42,609 nt of DNA. Origin: an uncultured Eubacteriales bacterium (GTDB lineage: Bacteria; Bacillota_I; Bacilli_A; RFN20; UBA1709). A program made the translations under genes and the position numbers. The notes below the pieces were generated by a model. That model worked only from the letters and a program-made list of their open reading frames with translations, ran no database searches and had not been told where the DNA came from. The stretch lies in the NCBI GenBank assembly GCA_964367975.1, contig CAYIYS010000001.1, positions 1 to 42,609 of the forward strand, written 5' to 3'. How positions within the stretch are numbered: the first letter of the stretch is position 1; each line of letters starts with the position of its first letter. Shown in pieces: positions 42,354-42,609 of this stretch.

Positions 42354-42609
42354 ATGTATAAAGAAATGCTAGAATGGTTAAAAAGAACAAGAGAGTCTTG
42401 TTCATATATGTCTGATATTATTAGCGCAGTAAAGGGACAAGCAGCTAATATGAACGCTTCTGAACAAACAGAGTTTACTGTTGATGAATTATTTAAACGA
42501 GTAACCCTATTAATGAATCATGAAATCAAAGGTAATAAATGCCAATTTAAGATAATGAATATGATCAGTAATGAGGTTTACCTTAGTGGCGATATTAATA
42601 ATCTTGTTC
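42354..42609 (+). CDS. histidine-kinase-like ATPase (GHKL), 3'-truncated by the window edge
   Basis: The frame is open from the ATG at 42354 to the window end and is not in the ORF track. ..FTVDELFKRVTLLMNHEIKGNKCQF....YLSGDINNLV resembles the region leading into the N-box of sensor kinases. No TM or sensor domain precedes it. Confidence 0.35.
   Translation, partial: MYKEMLEWLKRTRESCSYMSDIISAVKGQAANMNASEQTEFTVDELFKRVTLLMNHEIKGNKCQFKIMNMISNEVYLSGDINNLV

Overview
This is a 42.6-kb chromosomal window from a low-GC (about 35%) bacterium. It uses the standard genetic code (TGA is a stop) and has Gram-positive-type features: AGGAGG ribosome-binding sites, L-x-G-C lipoboxes and hairpin plus U-run terminators. 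That fits Bacillota, possibly Erysipelotrichia- or Acholeplasma-like. I support about 47 protein genes. I saw no rRNA, tRNA, CRISPR array, transposase or integrase.

Gene content, left to right:
- A partial YolD-like gene, a flavodoxin-like reductase, a SAM methyltransferase, and mscL with a Pro/Ala-repeat insert.
- NAD salvage genes pncA-pncB, then zupT and a GC-richer GT8 glycosyltransferase.
- A membrane protein with a bacterial PH-like domain.
- A clear yybP-ykoY Mn2+ riboswitch with a terminator platform, in front of a Ca-ATPase-like P-type pump and a coupled mini-cupin.
- A solitary BKACE enzyme, a stand-alone FakA-middle-domain mini-gene and a Cys-His-Asp-domain::NUDIX fusion.
- An Fe-alcohol dehydrogenase and a GyrI-like protein.
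- An 11-kb tungsten island. It holds a polyferredoxin, aldehyde:ferredoxin oxidoreductase, moaD/moeB-like genes, moaB, two moeA genes (one fused to a binding-protein domain), moaA, moaC, a MOSC gene, and convergent tupCBA. The TupA binding protein looks circularly permuted.
- A cyclophilin lipoprotein, DegV and an RluA-family synthase.
- An ArsR/CzrA-like repressor with its operator, and an HMA-less Zn/Cd ATPase.
- A TetR gene divergent from a roughly 9.5-kb operon. That operon is preceded by a roughly 270-nt structured leader I cannot classify. It encodes an SDR, a KASIII-like enzyme, a Liv-type ABC importer, a CoA-transferase, an alpha/beta hydrolase and a MaoC hydratase.

Best candidates for something undescribed: the unclassified leader RNA and the importer/CoA-enzyme operon it controls, the permuted TupA, and the Cys-His-Asp::NUDIX fusion.

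All calls come from reading the sequence and from remembered family motifs. No searches were run. Coordinates read off the sequence lines for 26702-26955 may be off by one, because my character count of line 26941 disagrees by 1 nt with the ORF track.
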